This document shows positions 12,198 to 23,827 of a stretch of DNA of 57,237 nucleotides, piece by piece; the stretch's first letter is position 1, and the number at the start of each line of letters is the position of its first letter. Both the position numbers and the translations under genes were made by a program. The stretch spans positions 656,636 through 713,872 of the forward strand of contig NMRA01000049.1 of NCBI GenBank assembly GCA_002633005.1, in the 5' to 3' direction. Below the pieces are notes generated by a model. The model searched no databases and was not told where the DNA came from. It worked only from the letters and a program-made list of their open reading frames with translations. This DNA comes from Phoronis australis. Taxonomy: Eukaryota; Animalia; Phoronida.

Positions 12198-14275
12198 AGG
12201 AATGTTGAATGTGAGAAAACATCTCGTTTAAACACCCAAAAACGTCACTATTTCCGTTGCAGTCTGCAAGCCAACATGTCTTGCCGCAAGTGTCTTGCGT
12301 TGCGGAACGCTTCTGTTAAAGCAAGTTTTCAGAAATTCCCATTACAAAATTATGCTACTGCTTCATGCACGTGTTTCCGCTAAAACCGCACATCCTTAAT
12401 AAAACAACCTCTGCATATGCACGACATGAGACAGGTCTTGGTATCGAGTAAGTTTGACTTGGTAGCCCAGTAGGTGGTACACCAAGTGCTGTAGTGTTAA
12501 AATCAGAGCTAAGTAGGCGCCCAACTGAAGCCCACCGTATCACCTTGAGCACTGAACGTAACTTACGGGTGCGTAGGCGCTACGTTCAAATGCCAAAAGG
12601 TGGCTGGATGCGCCTACGTGCTCCTACCCCACCCAATGCAGCACTAGGTACACCTCAGTAGTTGGAGAAAGGTGTAACAGCGGTCAACAGATAGTTTGGA
12701 CAAATGTAGTTAGGCCGCTCCCACCGTAGTTACCGTTGCGAAGTCAGACATACCAAAGAGGCCCCTTCTTACGTACCACAACAAAACTCCGTTCCGCAAA
12801 CCCGGCCAAGACATTAGCGATGGACGAAAACAGTGACTGAGTTCTACTCCGTTGTTCAAAATTCCAGCCTCACCGACCTTTCAGTGATCGCAAATTTACT
12901 ACGCTAAAATAGTAAGCGTCTTTCATTTGCAGAAGTTAGCGTGACTTTGTGTCATCTTGCGTTATGACAAGTTTCTCAGCGTTCCGTAGACCTCGGACAC
13001 TTGTGAAGAAAGCTAGTGTGATCGCGTACTATGCATCGCGTTACTTATCAGTCTTGCGTGATCTTGAGTTTTCGCAAAATTTCTTGGTTCTACTAAACAC
13101 ACCCCTGGCTCACACCTGTTCCGTAAGTGCGAGAGCCTTTCGAAAACGCATGGTCAGGCAAAACTTATCGAGGAAGAACGTTGTCACTCTAGCTTTCTTC
13201 ACGAAAATCATGATCTTTGGCCTGATTTCCGACCTTTATTGTACCCGTCATGAGTTTCCATTAATATTCAGATACAGGGAATTTCGCCATGGCCAGAATG
13301 AGAATTATCAGAGATCGGCGCATTATTGGAATCTGTTGGCTGCGAGGCTTATCTTCGTGTTGATTTTTGAGGTAAGAAGTTAGTGCCACGATTTTGGCAC
13401 ACGACAATCGATTACCACTTTTCAACTTGTGACCGACATATATTCATTGGACTTCTGGAAGTTAAGATTGGTCAAAATACAGTCTGTACTCAGAGTATTG
13501 CCTCCCACCAGTAGCAAAACAGTTGCGTAGGCGCCACTGAATTATCTTGGATCTTGTTGAAAGTCAATGTTGTAACCGCTGAACAAGTTTTCATACGGTA
13601 TCAATTTACAGGGGTTTACTATTACCATATATCTGATCCCTACCACCGGGAACAAGAAAAAAATATTTGTTCAGAACTGAAGGAAGAAATCAAATACATT
13701 ATGCCTCGGATAATACGCCACTTTCGCGATCAAGGCGTAAACGATGTATTATCCGTTTGACGGTTTATCCGTAAACCTTTGGAAAGGTGCTCTCACATAG
13801 TACTCAAAGGCTTGCGTAGAGATGATTCAATTCCATTGTCTTGGTGAAGTAGTTTCATGACAGGATAGCCACGACCTTAGGATCACGTGCTTTTATACAG
13901 GAAAAGCAAAATGCAAATCACCATATGTTTTGCCGGAAGTAACAGTCATGGTTTAATACTGAAAAGACGGAGTAGACGTAACGAATCGGGAACGGTGTAT
14001 TCAAATGGCAAGTAAATTGGCGAATCCAAAACGACAGTTTAAATCCATGCAAGTCGTCATTTTATCAATTGCAGCACTGCGTCTACATTCTCACCTGGTT
14101 GGTAGCCTCCAGTGTCCCGGATGTGCCCACAGACATCAAGGTGCTGCAGCTGCGCCAAGCCTACCTCGCAAAGAAGGCGCTGTATAAGCAACAAGTAGAA
14201 AGATCCCAAGACAAACTGCGAAGAAGAAGTATGCCACCGGGCAACAGACTCTCCGGATTGTCGGTGCATTTGTAG
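681..14275 (+). CDS. ANO: Anoctamin/TMEM16 family protein, 3' part: 8 coding exons (681-792, 2414-2566, 5291-5427, 7844-7996, 8992-9044, 10230-10405, 13272-13371, 14075-14275), about 360 aa covering roughly TM5 to the C-terminus; 5' exons lie upstream of the window
   Basis: The exons splice in frame through GT-AG introns. They encode anoctamin motifs: [114 protein letters not shown]. The paralogue (ANO3-7-like) is not resolved. Confidence 0.95.
2414..2566 (+). CDS. ANO: Anoctamin exon (TM6)
   Basis: ccctag acceptor; [51 protein letters not shown]; gtaagc donor. Confidence 0.93.
2718..2976. mobile_element. MITE family H, copy 1 (TIR GGGCCCGTTCCAAGAAA)
   Basis: Terminal inverted repeats; similar to the copies at 3626 and 4120. 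Confidence 0.8.
3626..3860. mobile_element. MITE family H, copy 2 (opposite orientation), TSD CTG
   Basis: ctg|GGGCCCGTTCCAAG...CTTGTAACGGGCCC|ctg. Confidence 0.85.
4120..4367. mobile_element. MITE family H, copy 3, TSD CAG
   Basis: cag|GGGCCTGTTCCAAG...TTGGAACGGGCCC|cag. Confidence 0.85.
5291..5427 (+). CDS. ANO: Anoctamin exon (TM6-7 loop)
   Basis: ttgacag acceptor; [45 protein letters not shown]; gtaaga donor. Confidence 0.92.
5898..6635. mobile_element. Non-autonomous TIR element
   Basis: Imperfect TIRs: GGACCCTGAGCTGTA..AGTACTTTCACC at the left and GGTGAAAGTACT..TACAACTCAGGACCC at the right. Confidence 0.55.
7200..7455. mobile_element. MITE family M (CATGCGCGCACCCAG...GCATG), 5-bp TSD catta/cattt
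   Basis: Homologous to copies at 15746, 23594, 33110 and 48690. Confidence 0.75.
7844..7996 (+). CDS. ANO: Anoctamin exon (TM7-TM8)
   Basis: ttatag acceptor; [52 protein letters not shown]; gtaaag donor. Confidence 0.95.
8992..9044 (+). CDS. ANO: Anoctamin exon (start of TM9)
   Basis: tttttcag acceptor; [18 protein letters not shown]; gtaagc donor; phases match both neighbouring exons. Confidence 0.9.
9070..9420. mobile_element. Possible Helentron-associated (HINE/DINE-like) fragment
   Basis: GTCCGTCTGT motif followed by two roughly 130-bp units ending CATTTTCAAG(A/G)TCACAGCG; family assigned by resemblance only. Confidence 0.4.
10230..10405 (+). CDS. ANO: Anoctamin exon (TM9-10 extracellular loop)
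   Basis: ccgtag acceptor; [16 protein letters not shown]...[17 protein letters not shown]...TTCR; gtacga donor. Confidence 0.92.
12155..12195. repeat. (AAT)n microsatellite
   Basis: About 13 perfect TAA units. Confidence 0.95.
13272..13371 (+). CDS. ANO: Anoctamin exon (TM10)
   Basis: attcag acceptor; [33 protein letters not shown]; gtaaga donor. Confidence 0.92.
14075..14275 (+). CDS. ANO: Anoctamin terminal coding exon
   Basis: ttgcag acceptor; [36 protein letters not shown]...SVHL followed by TAG. Confidence 0.9.
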   Translation, partial: HCVYILTWLVASSVPDVPTDIKVLQLRQAYLAKKALYKQQVERSQDKLRRRSMPPGNRLSGLSVHL

Positions 14276-14712
14276 TGCGACACCCGTAAATTGTGCAACG
14301 TCGACATTTCATCTTTAGGCTCACAAGCTAAAGGAATGTTTTCAGCAAAGTGCAAATCTTGCAAGAGCAACGGCTATGTGGTTATAAACCGCGGTCCATC
14401 AAAGAAACTGAGTTTTCTTTAACTTGCTTGTTGTGATTATAAAACTGATTTCAGCTTACTTCCAACTCAGATGAAATGTGACAACAGATATAGATAACAT
14501 ATTCATAACATTTACACGCACATACACATTCAACACCATTAGGGGAAAACACACCAGTACGATTGACGACTCTCTATTCAACTTTCCATACCTTAATGTA
14601 AAGTCGTGTGCAGAACTGATTGTTAGTCTGATAGGAATGGATGTTATGCTGCTGTGACTGTTCGCAGACTCCGCCAACACATAAAAAGCATAACAGCGCT
14701 ATTTTTCGATAC

Positions 14713-14867
14713 CATAGGTGGATCCAGAGAAGGGGTTAAGGAATCCGGACACCCTTTTCCCTTTGATTTAGTGATATCAAATCTAGAATTTTCAAATTGT
14801 TGACTTTGACCCTCTTTTAAAAAATCCTTGGTCCGACCCCCTTTTAAAAACACTAGGTCCATCCCTG
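14713..14867. mobile_element. Short hAT-type MITE downstream of the anoctamin stop codon
   Basis: CATAGGTGGATCCAG...CTAGGTCCATCCCTG termini. Confidence 0.5.
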
Positions 14868-15745
14868 GACAACATCACACTATTGATTTTAATAACCCAT
14901 AAATACAATGTCACGTATTAAAAGTAGACCCAGTAACCAGCACATTCCTGAACCCAAAACCTCCCTGTCTTTGACTAAGAACACTACACCCACAAAGTTT
15001 ACAAAAGCTTGACTTGACTCCCGGTAACAGTCTTTTCAAGTTGGCTGTGATGGTTTGGGCGAAGGTTTTCTGTATCGTTCACCTCTAATACATGTACGTT
15101 TTATCTCCTCTGATGATATGTTTTTAGTTGAAATAAGTCGTTTGTACTTGTGCATATCCTATGCATATAACATCGATTATTGTCAGCGCGCTTACTGCAC
15201 ATTTTTTGCTACCATTTTGTCCTTAAACCAGATGAGAATTGATTTCTGAAATATTTCGTTTACCCTATTCAGATCTACTGGATAGTTTGGAGGTGCCTAT
15301 ATTTGTGACACGCTGTTCTATCGTCCCGACGTTCTCGCGGCTCAAAATTCCTATGCATCAGTGTTCGATTTTTCCGATATTTACTCGACTTGGTGCTAAC
15401 TGGTTCCGTTATAACTTGGGTGTCATTTCAGAGTTTTAGTGATGACGTGTCGTGGCAGTAGGTAACGCAATTTGAGCCCGGAAATAAGAATAGACATGCC
15501 GTCACACTGGGTCCAAAACGTCATGACGTCAAAATGACGTCATGCTAAGCATTCCTATACCGTAGGTTTGGAGTTTTTTTGTTAGCCATAGCAAAATTTT
15601 CACGAGTATTCTGACCATATTTTTGTTCGTGTTTGATAAACAAATGCATCTATCCCCCTGGCAAGTAATTGCTGTGTGGCGAATATTCAACACTGAACGG
15701 CGCACGTTCGAGATTTGTAATCAAACGTCAGAGTGTCTACCTTTT

Positions 15746-16006
15746 CGTGCGCGCACCAAGGGGGGCTCGGAGGGCTCGTTTGAACGAGCCCCCCATTTGG
15801 CAAGGTGGACAAAAAGGTCCGCCTCATAGAAACAAAAAGTCAGAGAAAAGGAGACAAAAGTCCACTAAAAAGACACAAAAGCTCAATTCACAGCTCTGGA
15901 CGTGGTACCCCGTTTTTTTTTAGTCCTTCGGCTATTTTGTCGGTAAAAGGTCCACATCGTCGGAAATTCGAGCCCCCCCCTATATTAAAGGCTGGGTGCA
16001 CGCATG
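15746..16006. mobile_element. MITE family M, 5-bp TSD ctttt/cttct
   Basis: CGTGCGCGCACCAAG...CTGGGTGCACGCATG. Confidence 0.8.
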
Positions 16007-18891
16007 CTTCTAAGTCTCATGTAGTCTAGCTATGATCCCATCGCTTCATCTAAAAACCGAAACAAAAACCTGTGACAAACAATACTGGCGCAGACTCGTT
16101 TCAATTTTGCGTTTGCTTCCTGTTTTCATTGAAAAGTGACTCCATTTCGCCGCTCACTGTACCCCACCACCTCTCTGAAAAGTGTTGTTTTGAGGCTTTG
16201 GACCCAAACATCTGATGCTCACCAAGGCGTTGCGCAGACCGGACATTGAATTTACGGGTCAAGGGATTATCAGGCTTGGGGGACATCGGCTTCGTCGGTC
16301 ACCCAGCTGAGGGGTTATGGCGGTGAAGGTACACCAAGACGAGTATCACCAGACGGGGAGAGCCATCATCTTTGAAGCAATGGGATGGGAAAATAAAGAG
16401 TCTGTGTATTTATGGACGAGATCCTTTTTCATTCAGTGTTGGCACTTCAATCAGTTTCATATTCAGAAAACACATGTTTAAAGTCAAATCAACATTACAA
16501 AGAAACAAAACATTATTAAAAATTGTGAATATTTTTTTGTCAAAACCACAACATGTGTAGTTACTTTCTTATTTGAAAAGATAGCGAGAGTAATTTCGCT
16601 CTTTAGAGTACACGTTCATTTTTCAAAATTAAAAATGGTCACAGTTTTCCAAATAACACTTGATAAATGTTGGACTGATGAAATGGAAAATGTCAAAACG
16701 TTCTTAATAAAAAGATGTGGAAGATCTGGAAATAAACTAGTGAACATTTATCATCATCTTGCGTAGTTTTAGCGATTTTTGTGAGAAAAAAACATATGCC
16801 ACCCAGCTACATCTATGAACGATTTGTAAATGTATTGTAAAATTAACTGAAAACATTATCAGTTTGGTAATACATTTCTGCGTATACCTTCAATAACAAC
16901 ATTAACATGTTTATAATGGTAGTGCCGACTTTCACCACCATGTGGCGCTCATTAATTCAGACATTTGCCTTAGATTTGCATTTACATACGAAAAAATGGA
17001 AATTATTTGCGTTTTTATGATGTGATGCAACCCGTGGACATGTTGTTTTGCGGTATCATTTCTACTTCATTGTTTTAGAATTGGCCAAATCTGAACGACA
17101 CATTTCACGGAAAAGCACAAATTTTCAACATGGTAAAATATAAAAGTGTGTGATATCAAAAACTTCAAAACCCCTTTAAAGAAACACAGACGTCGTTTTA
17201 TGGGCAAACGCTACTGTATGCTCACCTGCTTAAGTCCAATTGGAACTCACTATGAATTGTAAGCAGTCCATTTAACTCATTGATAAAATGCAAGTGGAGT
17301 TAAAATTTTGTAAATGACAATGTACTTTTGTGCAGTTTTCGTGGTTTCAAAACAGCAAGTATTGGCCATCCAATTTTCGTTTCACTTGCTCCCCCTACCG
17401 GCAATTAGGCACACGTGTAATCCTTTGGAAATGCCGTCGGCAAGTTCGTTTTTTGCTCAGCGACATTTACACGATATGACACGTACAAGCCAAAGGTTGA
17501 AGCATTACATAGAACGCTAGAGTGAAGCAACGAACACTGCCGATTAGACAGCTTAGGTATATAAACATCAAGGTGAGATATCATATCCATTATCTACTAC
17601 AGCCGATTACGCTTGTGCCGCGTTAGGAAATCATTACAGTCGCGTGTGTTACTTTTAACAGCACATAAATGTCCATTGATAACGACAGTACCCCTATAGC
17701 GGGTAAATTTTCTCGTATGCTCTGCTGGTGTAGAAGAGGGTGGATGCGTAAGGCACTAGAATTTTTCAACAGACTAATTGATGTCGCGTTATACTAAGCA
17801 TAACTGCACAATAATAAACACACAAACGGTGTTTTGTTCATCTCTACAACCTTTTCAAATGTGAACGTATGAACACCGGTCATGCTAGTCGAGTCGCGTG
17901 ACTAAAACAGTCAGATTCCTGACTGCTTTTCAGTTATCACAAATTCCACGAGCGTACTGACGACTGGAACGAGGCTACTACCAACTGAGTGCCTGCCACC
18001 TGCCATTCCGCTAGGATACGTTAGTAAAAGGCCCGGTTCAACCATAGTCGCAAAACATCGCCTTCACTGACGTGTCGTTGCGGGCGTAATATCGCTTTTC
18101 TCACAAGAAATGCAGTCTACGGAACGTTTCCCCGACGTTATCTACTTCAAGGCACATAAACCTCTTGCCCGAACTCTAACGCAAGCTATTTTCCTCTCGT
18201 AGACGCACATTCCTATCCCGCATCACTTTTCACATCTCGCGGGAACAGACCAATCCTGCTGTCACACATGACAAGCCAGCGGCAGCAACAATGGCACGCC
18301 GCTTCTTTTTCTCTTGTCACCTTGCAGGTCCTGATATAGGGGCTATTTGCTCTTTACTATGAATTTCAACTTAGAAACTGAGGCACCACTCCTACCTGCC
18401 GTAACGAAACCAAACTTGAAGTGCATTGATGCAACTTGAGTTAGCGTTTGTTTTGGAATTTTCGTCGCAAAATCACCACTGAATGGCAATTGTAATGTGA
18501 TCAAGAGAAAGACATGTCTATGGCAGTTTATTTGATGCTATCTTGAGGGAAGTGTACGCAAAATTTCTTTGGACTGGTGACAGTTGTAGTTCGGAATACA
18601 GCCAGCCAGGTAGCTGAGTACGACAGCGTCAAAACGCAGCTAGGAATCGATGTGAGGTAAACATCACTTTTTCAGTGTAGCACAGATTGTTGCACAACAA
18701 CTGACTAATACCATTGTTTTAGGACCGGTGACATAGCTAGTTGACTCAACGAAGATCGTAGTTTTGTCAGATTTCATTACTCCATTTTTTTCCGCATCGT
18801 TCCAAAGATGTACATTTTTGCTTATACATATTTTGTGCCAAAGTTACCAAAGCTCATAGCGTTCATTTATGTCGATGTTACTTAGTGTTGT

Positions 18892-19126
18892 TCAGAATTG
18901 CTCGTTTAACTGTTCCGCAGCGTTGTCATTGACGAAAGTTTGGTACCTTGTTCCCGAACACACAATTCCTCGCTTTCTATACGCAGCAACCACTCCAATC
19001 GCCAGTAAAACGGCTGCTCCCGCACAGCAAGGGATGACGACGGTATAAGTCCAATTCATACATGAGAATTCGAAGACTTTCAGATCCACGATTATTTTAT
19101 CTCGCAGAGACGGAGGGTTGAAGCAC
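18892..19126 (-). CDS. LRR transmembrane protein, coding exon 2 (end of LRRCT, TM helix, short cytoplasmic tail)
   Basis: cttttag acceptor, phase matches exon 1: (R)CFNPPSLRDKIIVDLKVFEFSC completes the LRRCT, then TM VVIPCCAGAAVLLAIGVVAAY, RKR stop-transfer and a tail containing YQTF. Total 491 aa. Confidence 0.9.
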
Positions 19127-20445
19127 CTAAAAGAGCAAATTGCAAAGAGTTCAAGTGAGTTCAGTAACATTCGGTCACTGAATAGTTTTGCGTGTTTATA
19201 TTTCGAAAAAAAACAACTCTATGAAAAGATTTCCGTCTGACCAGACCATATGGCACGAAAACCTAAGACCGAACGTTCCCACGTCCGGCAAAAGTAAAAA
19301 TGTTCTTTAGTCAGAATTAAGATCGAAGGTTCACAATCCCGAACATCAACAAGCCCGAAAACTAGCAGAACCCTAATCCAAAGTCGTCGCCGCAGAGCAG
19401 CAAAATATATTGCTGGCCAAAGAAAATTTAGAAACGCCAATCGTTGCGACAATTAAAACAAAGCACACATTGCCGATTATTATTCGTAACTTTAGGCACT
19501 TGCGTCAAGGCAAATTTGTCTCAGACTGGACTAGCGCATACAAATTTCCGAACAGTTTGTTCATAATCACTGTTCGGAGCCTCGTACAAAACATCTTTGT
19601 CATGAAAGTCCAAGTCAAAACAAACTGATAAATTTCGCACTTAGAACATTTGAACTATCGGACCTTCGAATGGTCGACATAACAATTTGATTATAATTAA
19701 TAAAGCTCTTGCTACGTTGATTACTCTAATTAAGGCACAGTAGTCAAATTCTGAATTCCGCTGATCACATGGTCTATTACGTCACAAGAAAGCAGGCGGT
19801 GGTCGGTGGTTTACCTGCGCATGTTATAGTTTTGGCCGGATTTTCCTAGTCCGTCGATACGACACAGATGCTGTCCTTACAAGCTTTATAATTTTTACAG
19901 AGATCGTCCTAATCCTCACAAACATGAAGTGCTTTTCTAATTAGCCATTTTGCTACAATGAGTGTATCCATTCTCAAATGCAATCACATAAGTTCAAAAA
20001 TCACTAGAGATGTTAAACTTTCAGCCGAGTTCGACAGCGGCTCACGATAAAGAAATGTATTCGAGAGCAAAATTTTGCGAGAAAGGAAGTGAAGCGCATA
20101 TCGAAAATAAACGCACGTTGTGTAAACAGAGGAAGATTTGCTGCCCGGATCATAAAATACCCTTTTGCTCAAGTTGCGAACGCCAGGACTAGGACGGCTT
20201 CCGTAACGCAAGACACTCGTGAGACACGCAGCGAGAAATTTTACCTTTTTGAGAAGCAGTTGACTACTGAATAACGGGTATCAAACTGGTTCTCAAAATC
20301 CCAGAGCATTGAAAAGCACTTTTGTCGACAGGCTGCTAGTGCAGGCGAGTAAGATTATAGCGAAACACTCGCCTTTCACTCGCCAAAAACAAAGTCGAAA
20401 AAACAAACTCGCGCTACGATCATTGTGTCATTTATAAAGACTCAC

Positions 20446-21686
20446 CTAGTCATGTTTCTCGATTTCGAAAACTGCGGTTGCATCAGTGCCGTCGATAACC
20501 ATACCAAGTCGCAGTTACAGTTCCATCTATTTCCTGACAAGTCAACACTGACCAGTTCTTTCAATGGTGACAAAATTGATTCACTCAGAGTTTCCAAAGA
20601 ACAATTTCGAAGAGACAGATGCTTTAGGCCCGATAATCCCTTAAACGCATCTTTGCTTACGTTTTCCAGTCTCCGATTGTTTTCCAGAAGTAAAGTCCGT
20701 GAATTCTTAAACGCCAGAAAAGCCGATTCGCTGATAACTGTCAACTCGGGCATGTTACACAAACTTAGAATTTCAACACCAACTGTTGAGTTCCACACTG
20801 AATGCGTTAGATTTTGTATGGGATTCGAGTCCAGTACGAGCTTAAGGACACTGCGAACGTTCCGCAAGGAATCAACTGGCAAGGTCTTCAAATTATTATG
20901 ACTTAAATCCAGTAATCCGAAGCGTTCTGTGGAAACAAAAACTTCAGGATGAATTTTAAATATGCGATTGTAGGACAGATCCAGGGAAATATTTGTGCTG
21001 TTGGATTGATATGTGAAAAGTCTCGACGGAAGAACAGAAAGTTTGTTCGATCGTAGATTCAAATAATTCATGTCGACTAATCCTTTGAAAGTATCCCGTG
21101 ACAAGCGTTTGATTTTGTTGTTGTTCAATAACAGAGTTTGAAGATTTGTGTATGTCTCAAATGGACTTCCGCGGACAGTGTGCAAGCCATTAAATGACAG
21201 GTCTAGGAACTCAACTTTTGGGAAGTGAGCTGAACCAAACATTTCTGCGTGTAATACTGTGAGGCCGTTGTAAGACAGACGTAGTGATTTCAACCGATCT
21301 AGCAGAATAAACGACGACCAGTCTATATCGGCCTCTCCGATGTTGTTATGACTGAGGTCTAAAACTGTCAGTAAACCAGTGTAGAGGAAAGCTTTAACTC
21401 CCACCACTTTTATAGAATTATTTTGTAAGTATAACTCCCGCAGAGAGCCAAATTGCAGGAAAAATAGTTCGGTTATGGAATTGTTCCGTGCAAAGATTAT
21501 CTCAGTGTCTGCTGGAAGGTCATACGGTAATCCATTTAACATTAGGTTATCACAGTAGGCAATTTTTGTCTCGTTATCGCATGAGCAGTTGTCTGTTGAG
21601 CACGTGTAGGTCGTTGATGTCGAGCATTCGAGTACCATCAAAAGAAGACACACGGCTGTGCTTATATAGTGAACTCTTGGCAGCAT
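20446..21686 (-). CDS. LRR transmembrane protein, coding exon 1 (signal peptide, LRRNT, about 12-13 LRRs, first half of LRRCT)
   Basis: Long ORF with hydrophobic N-terminus, CSTDNCSC..C cap, repeated LxxLxLxxNxI units and NRWNCNCDLVWL. Ends AG/gtgagt (donor at 20445). An acceptor (tttttattgtcaacttctag) 24 nt upstream of the ATG implies a non-coding upstream exon. Confidence 0.93.
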
Positions 21687-21756
21687 GTTGAGGCACTATC
21701 TAAATGGGACCTAGAAGTTGACAATAAAAAGTTGTTCACTAGACGCAAGAGGGAAA

Positions 21757-21835
21757 TAACAACAACACATAACATAACAACAACACATAACATAACAACA
21801 ACACATAACATAACAACAGCAACATCAACAACATC
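21757..21835. repeat. 18-bp minisatellite (ATAACAACAACACATAAC)
   Basis: Three to four tandem copies in the intron upstream of the LRR gene start. Confidence 0.85.
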
Positions 21836-23593
21836 AGCCAGGGGGGTTCAGGAGGTTCGATCGAACCTCACCCCCGCACAAAATGTCCAGCCCCAACATA
21901 TCCGTTACGCATAGCATACAGATGAACAACAAAATCAAATATTCATAGATAGCATGAAACTGTAGTTAGTTATTACCAAGCAATGTTTTAAATGTAGGAT
22001 GAGCAAACCACCATAATTCAACAATTGCTCAATGTTGTTATTTTTGGTAATTTCCACAAGGTCATATGCATTTAAAGTCCGGCTCTCAAACTGCCCATGT
22101 GGTTCCAGTATCCGAAAATACGTACTACATAAATTCTTATTTTCGACACCCTTTCTTTTTATTCTTTTCGCCTTTCTTGCCAAAAGCGATTTTTAACAGT
22201 ATTTGACCCTTCTCTGTGAGCGTATAATTACCGGCTGTCATCGATTATTTCCGTACCCACATTTCCGGCTCATCAGTTCAGGAACTTGTCCTGAAAGCCG
22301 CCATTTTTCCTTGTAACTGAATGTGCTATCGCTTGCTCGAAAAGTCTTCATTATTTTGTTTTATTAGTAATATCTCGTGATTCGTTTGCATATGTAGTGT
22401 ATTTATAGTTTGTAGTTAGTGGTCGTTGAACTTTTTTGGAATGTTACGCGTACTTAGTATGTTAAAATTGCATTGGTGTTTAGTTCCTTACGTAGGCCGG
22501 TCGAACCTAGGAACCAATATGGGTCGAAACAATTTTTTCCGCTTTATTTTTTTCTCGTTTTGAAAAAATACTTTGCTATCATCAGAAAGGTAGTGCATTC
22601 TACTCAGTAAAAATCGAAAAAGTATCAAAATCGGGGCAAGCAGTGTAAAGTTATTGCACGTTTTGTGGCGAAATTTGGGTCACTTTGTTTGGATCGCGTC
22701 GGCCATATTGGAGGACAGCGGGATAAGTTACGAGTTTAAAACTTTGTGTAAATTGTGTTTGCCAACAAATTACGGTGAAATTTAGTTAGACATATCTTTA
22801 CTCACTATTCTGCACAATTTAACACGTTCACCAAATTTCAGCCTCAGTTGTTACTCATTAAGTGATAAATGTGCTCACAATTCCCGTTGGACTTTCGTCT
22901 CATTTCTGGCGGCACCGACAACATGGCGACTTTTGCTGAACTGAAAGGCATGTTCAATCGGCTACTTTGTAATTTGTGAAGATTTAACGTTGATACATTT
23001 TGACAAACGTTGCTACAAAAAAGAAACTTTGTTCAATTTTCGTGTTTTTTGTGCAAAAATATAAGATAGATTCGAATTATTTTACTGTAAATTTCTCATT
23101 CAGGTGATCTTACACTAAGCTAAAAAAATAGTTGAAATAATTTTGAAATGTTTTTTATTTGACTGTCAACTGCTGTTCAAGACTTGATTCGGTGTCACAA
23201 AATGATTCATATTTTTCTAAATTTTAAGTCTCAATTGCTTTCAAGTCATGTTTTGTAACTTATTGCTTCTTAATTCAGGTTATCAAGTCAACAATATGAA
23301 TAATCTTAATTTGAGAAATAAGCTATGTTGGATTGTGAAGCTTCAAACCTCTAATTCTTGTTCCTTGCAACTTCATCTTTTTTAAATGATGCCTGTCATA
23401 TTCCGTCACCATGGTAATAGTTACATGTATGTCCACTTTCATATCATGGAAACTGTTGCTGTTGAATAGTGTTTGTAATGCTAAATGTTGAAAAGTATTG
23501 TGCATTTTAAGTTACTTATTATGTTAACAGTTTGAATCATTTTGGGTTAATGAATAAAAAAGGATAACATTTTGTATTGGATTTGTCATACTT

Positions 23594-23827
23594 ATGTGCT
23601 CGAACGAGCCCCCTTTTTGGAGAACTGGAAAAAGGTCTGCCTCAGGCACAGAAGCACGAATTCCGAAAAAAGTAGAAAATGAGACAATATTCCACTAGAA
23701 GACAGGAAGTACCAAAATTTAGCGTCTGCAATTCATAGCTCTGAACATACCCACTGAATCTTATAGTAAAAGATAGACATTCCCAAAAATTCCAGCCCCC
23801 CATTCTTTTAGGCTTGGTGCGCTCATA
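23594..23827. mobile_element. MITE family M, degenerate or partial copy
   Basis: CTCGAACGAGCCCCC...AAAAGGTC...GGCTTGGTGCGCTCAT. Confidence 0.55.

Noticed and set aside
12949-13383. 144-aa ORF as a stand-alone gene
   Set aside because: Only 13272-13371 is an anoctamin exon; the rest is open intron.
20425-20901. 158-aa plus-strand ORF
   Set aside because: Antisense shadow of the LRR exon.
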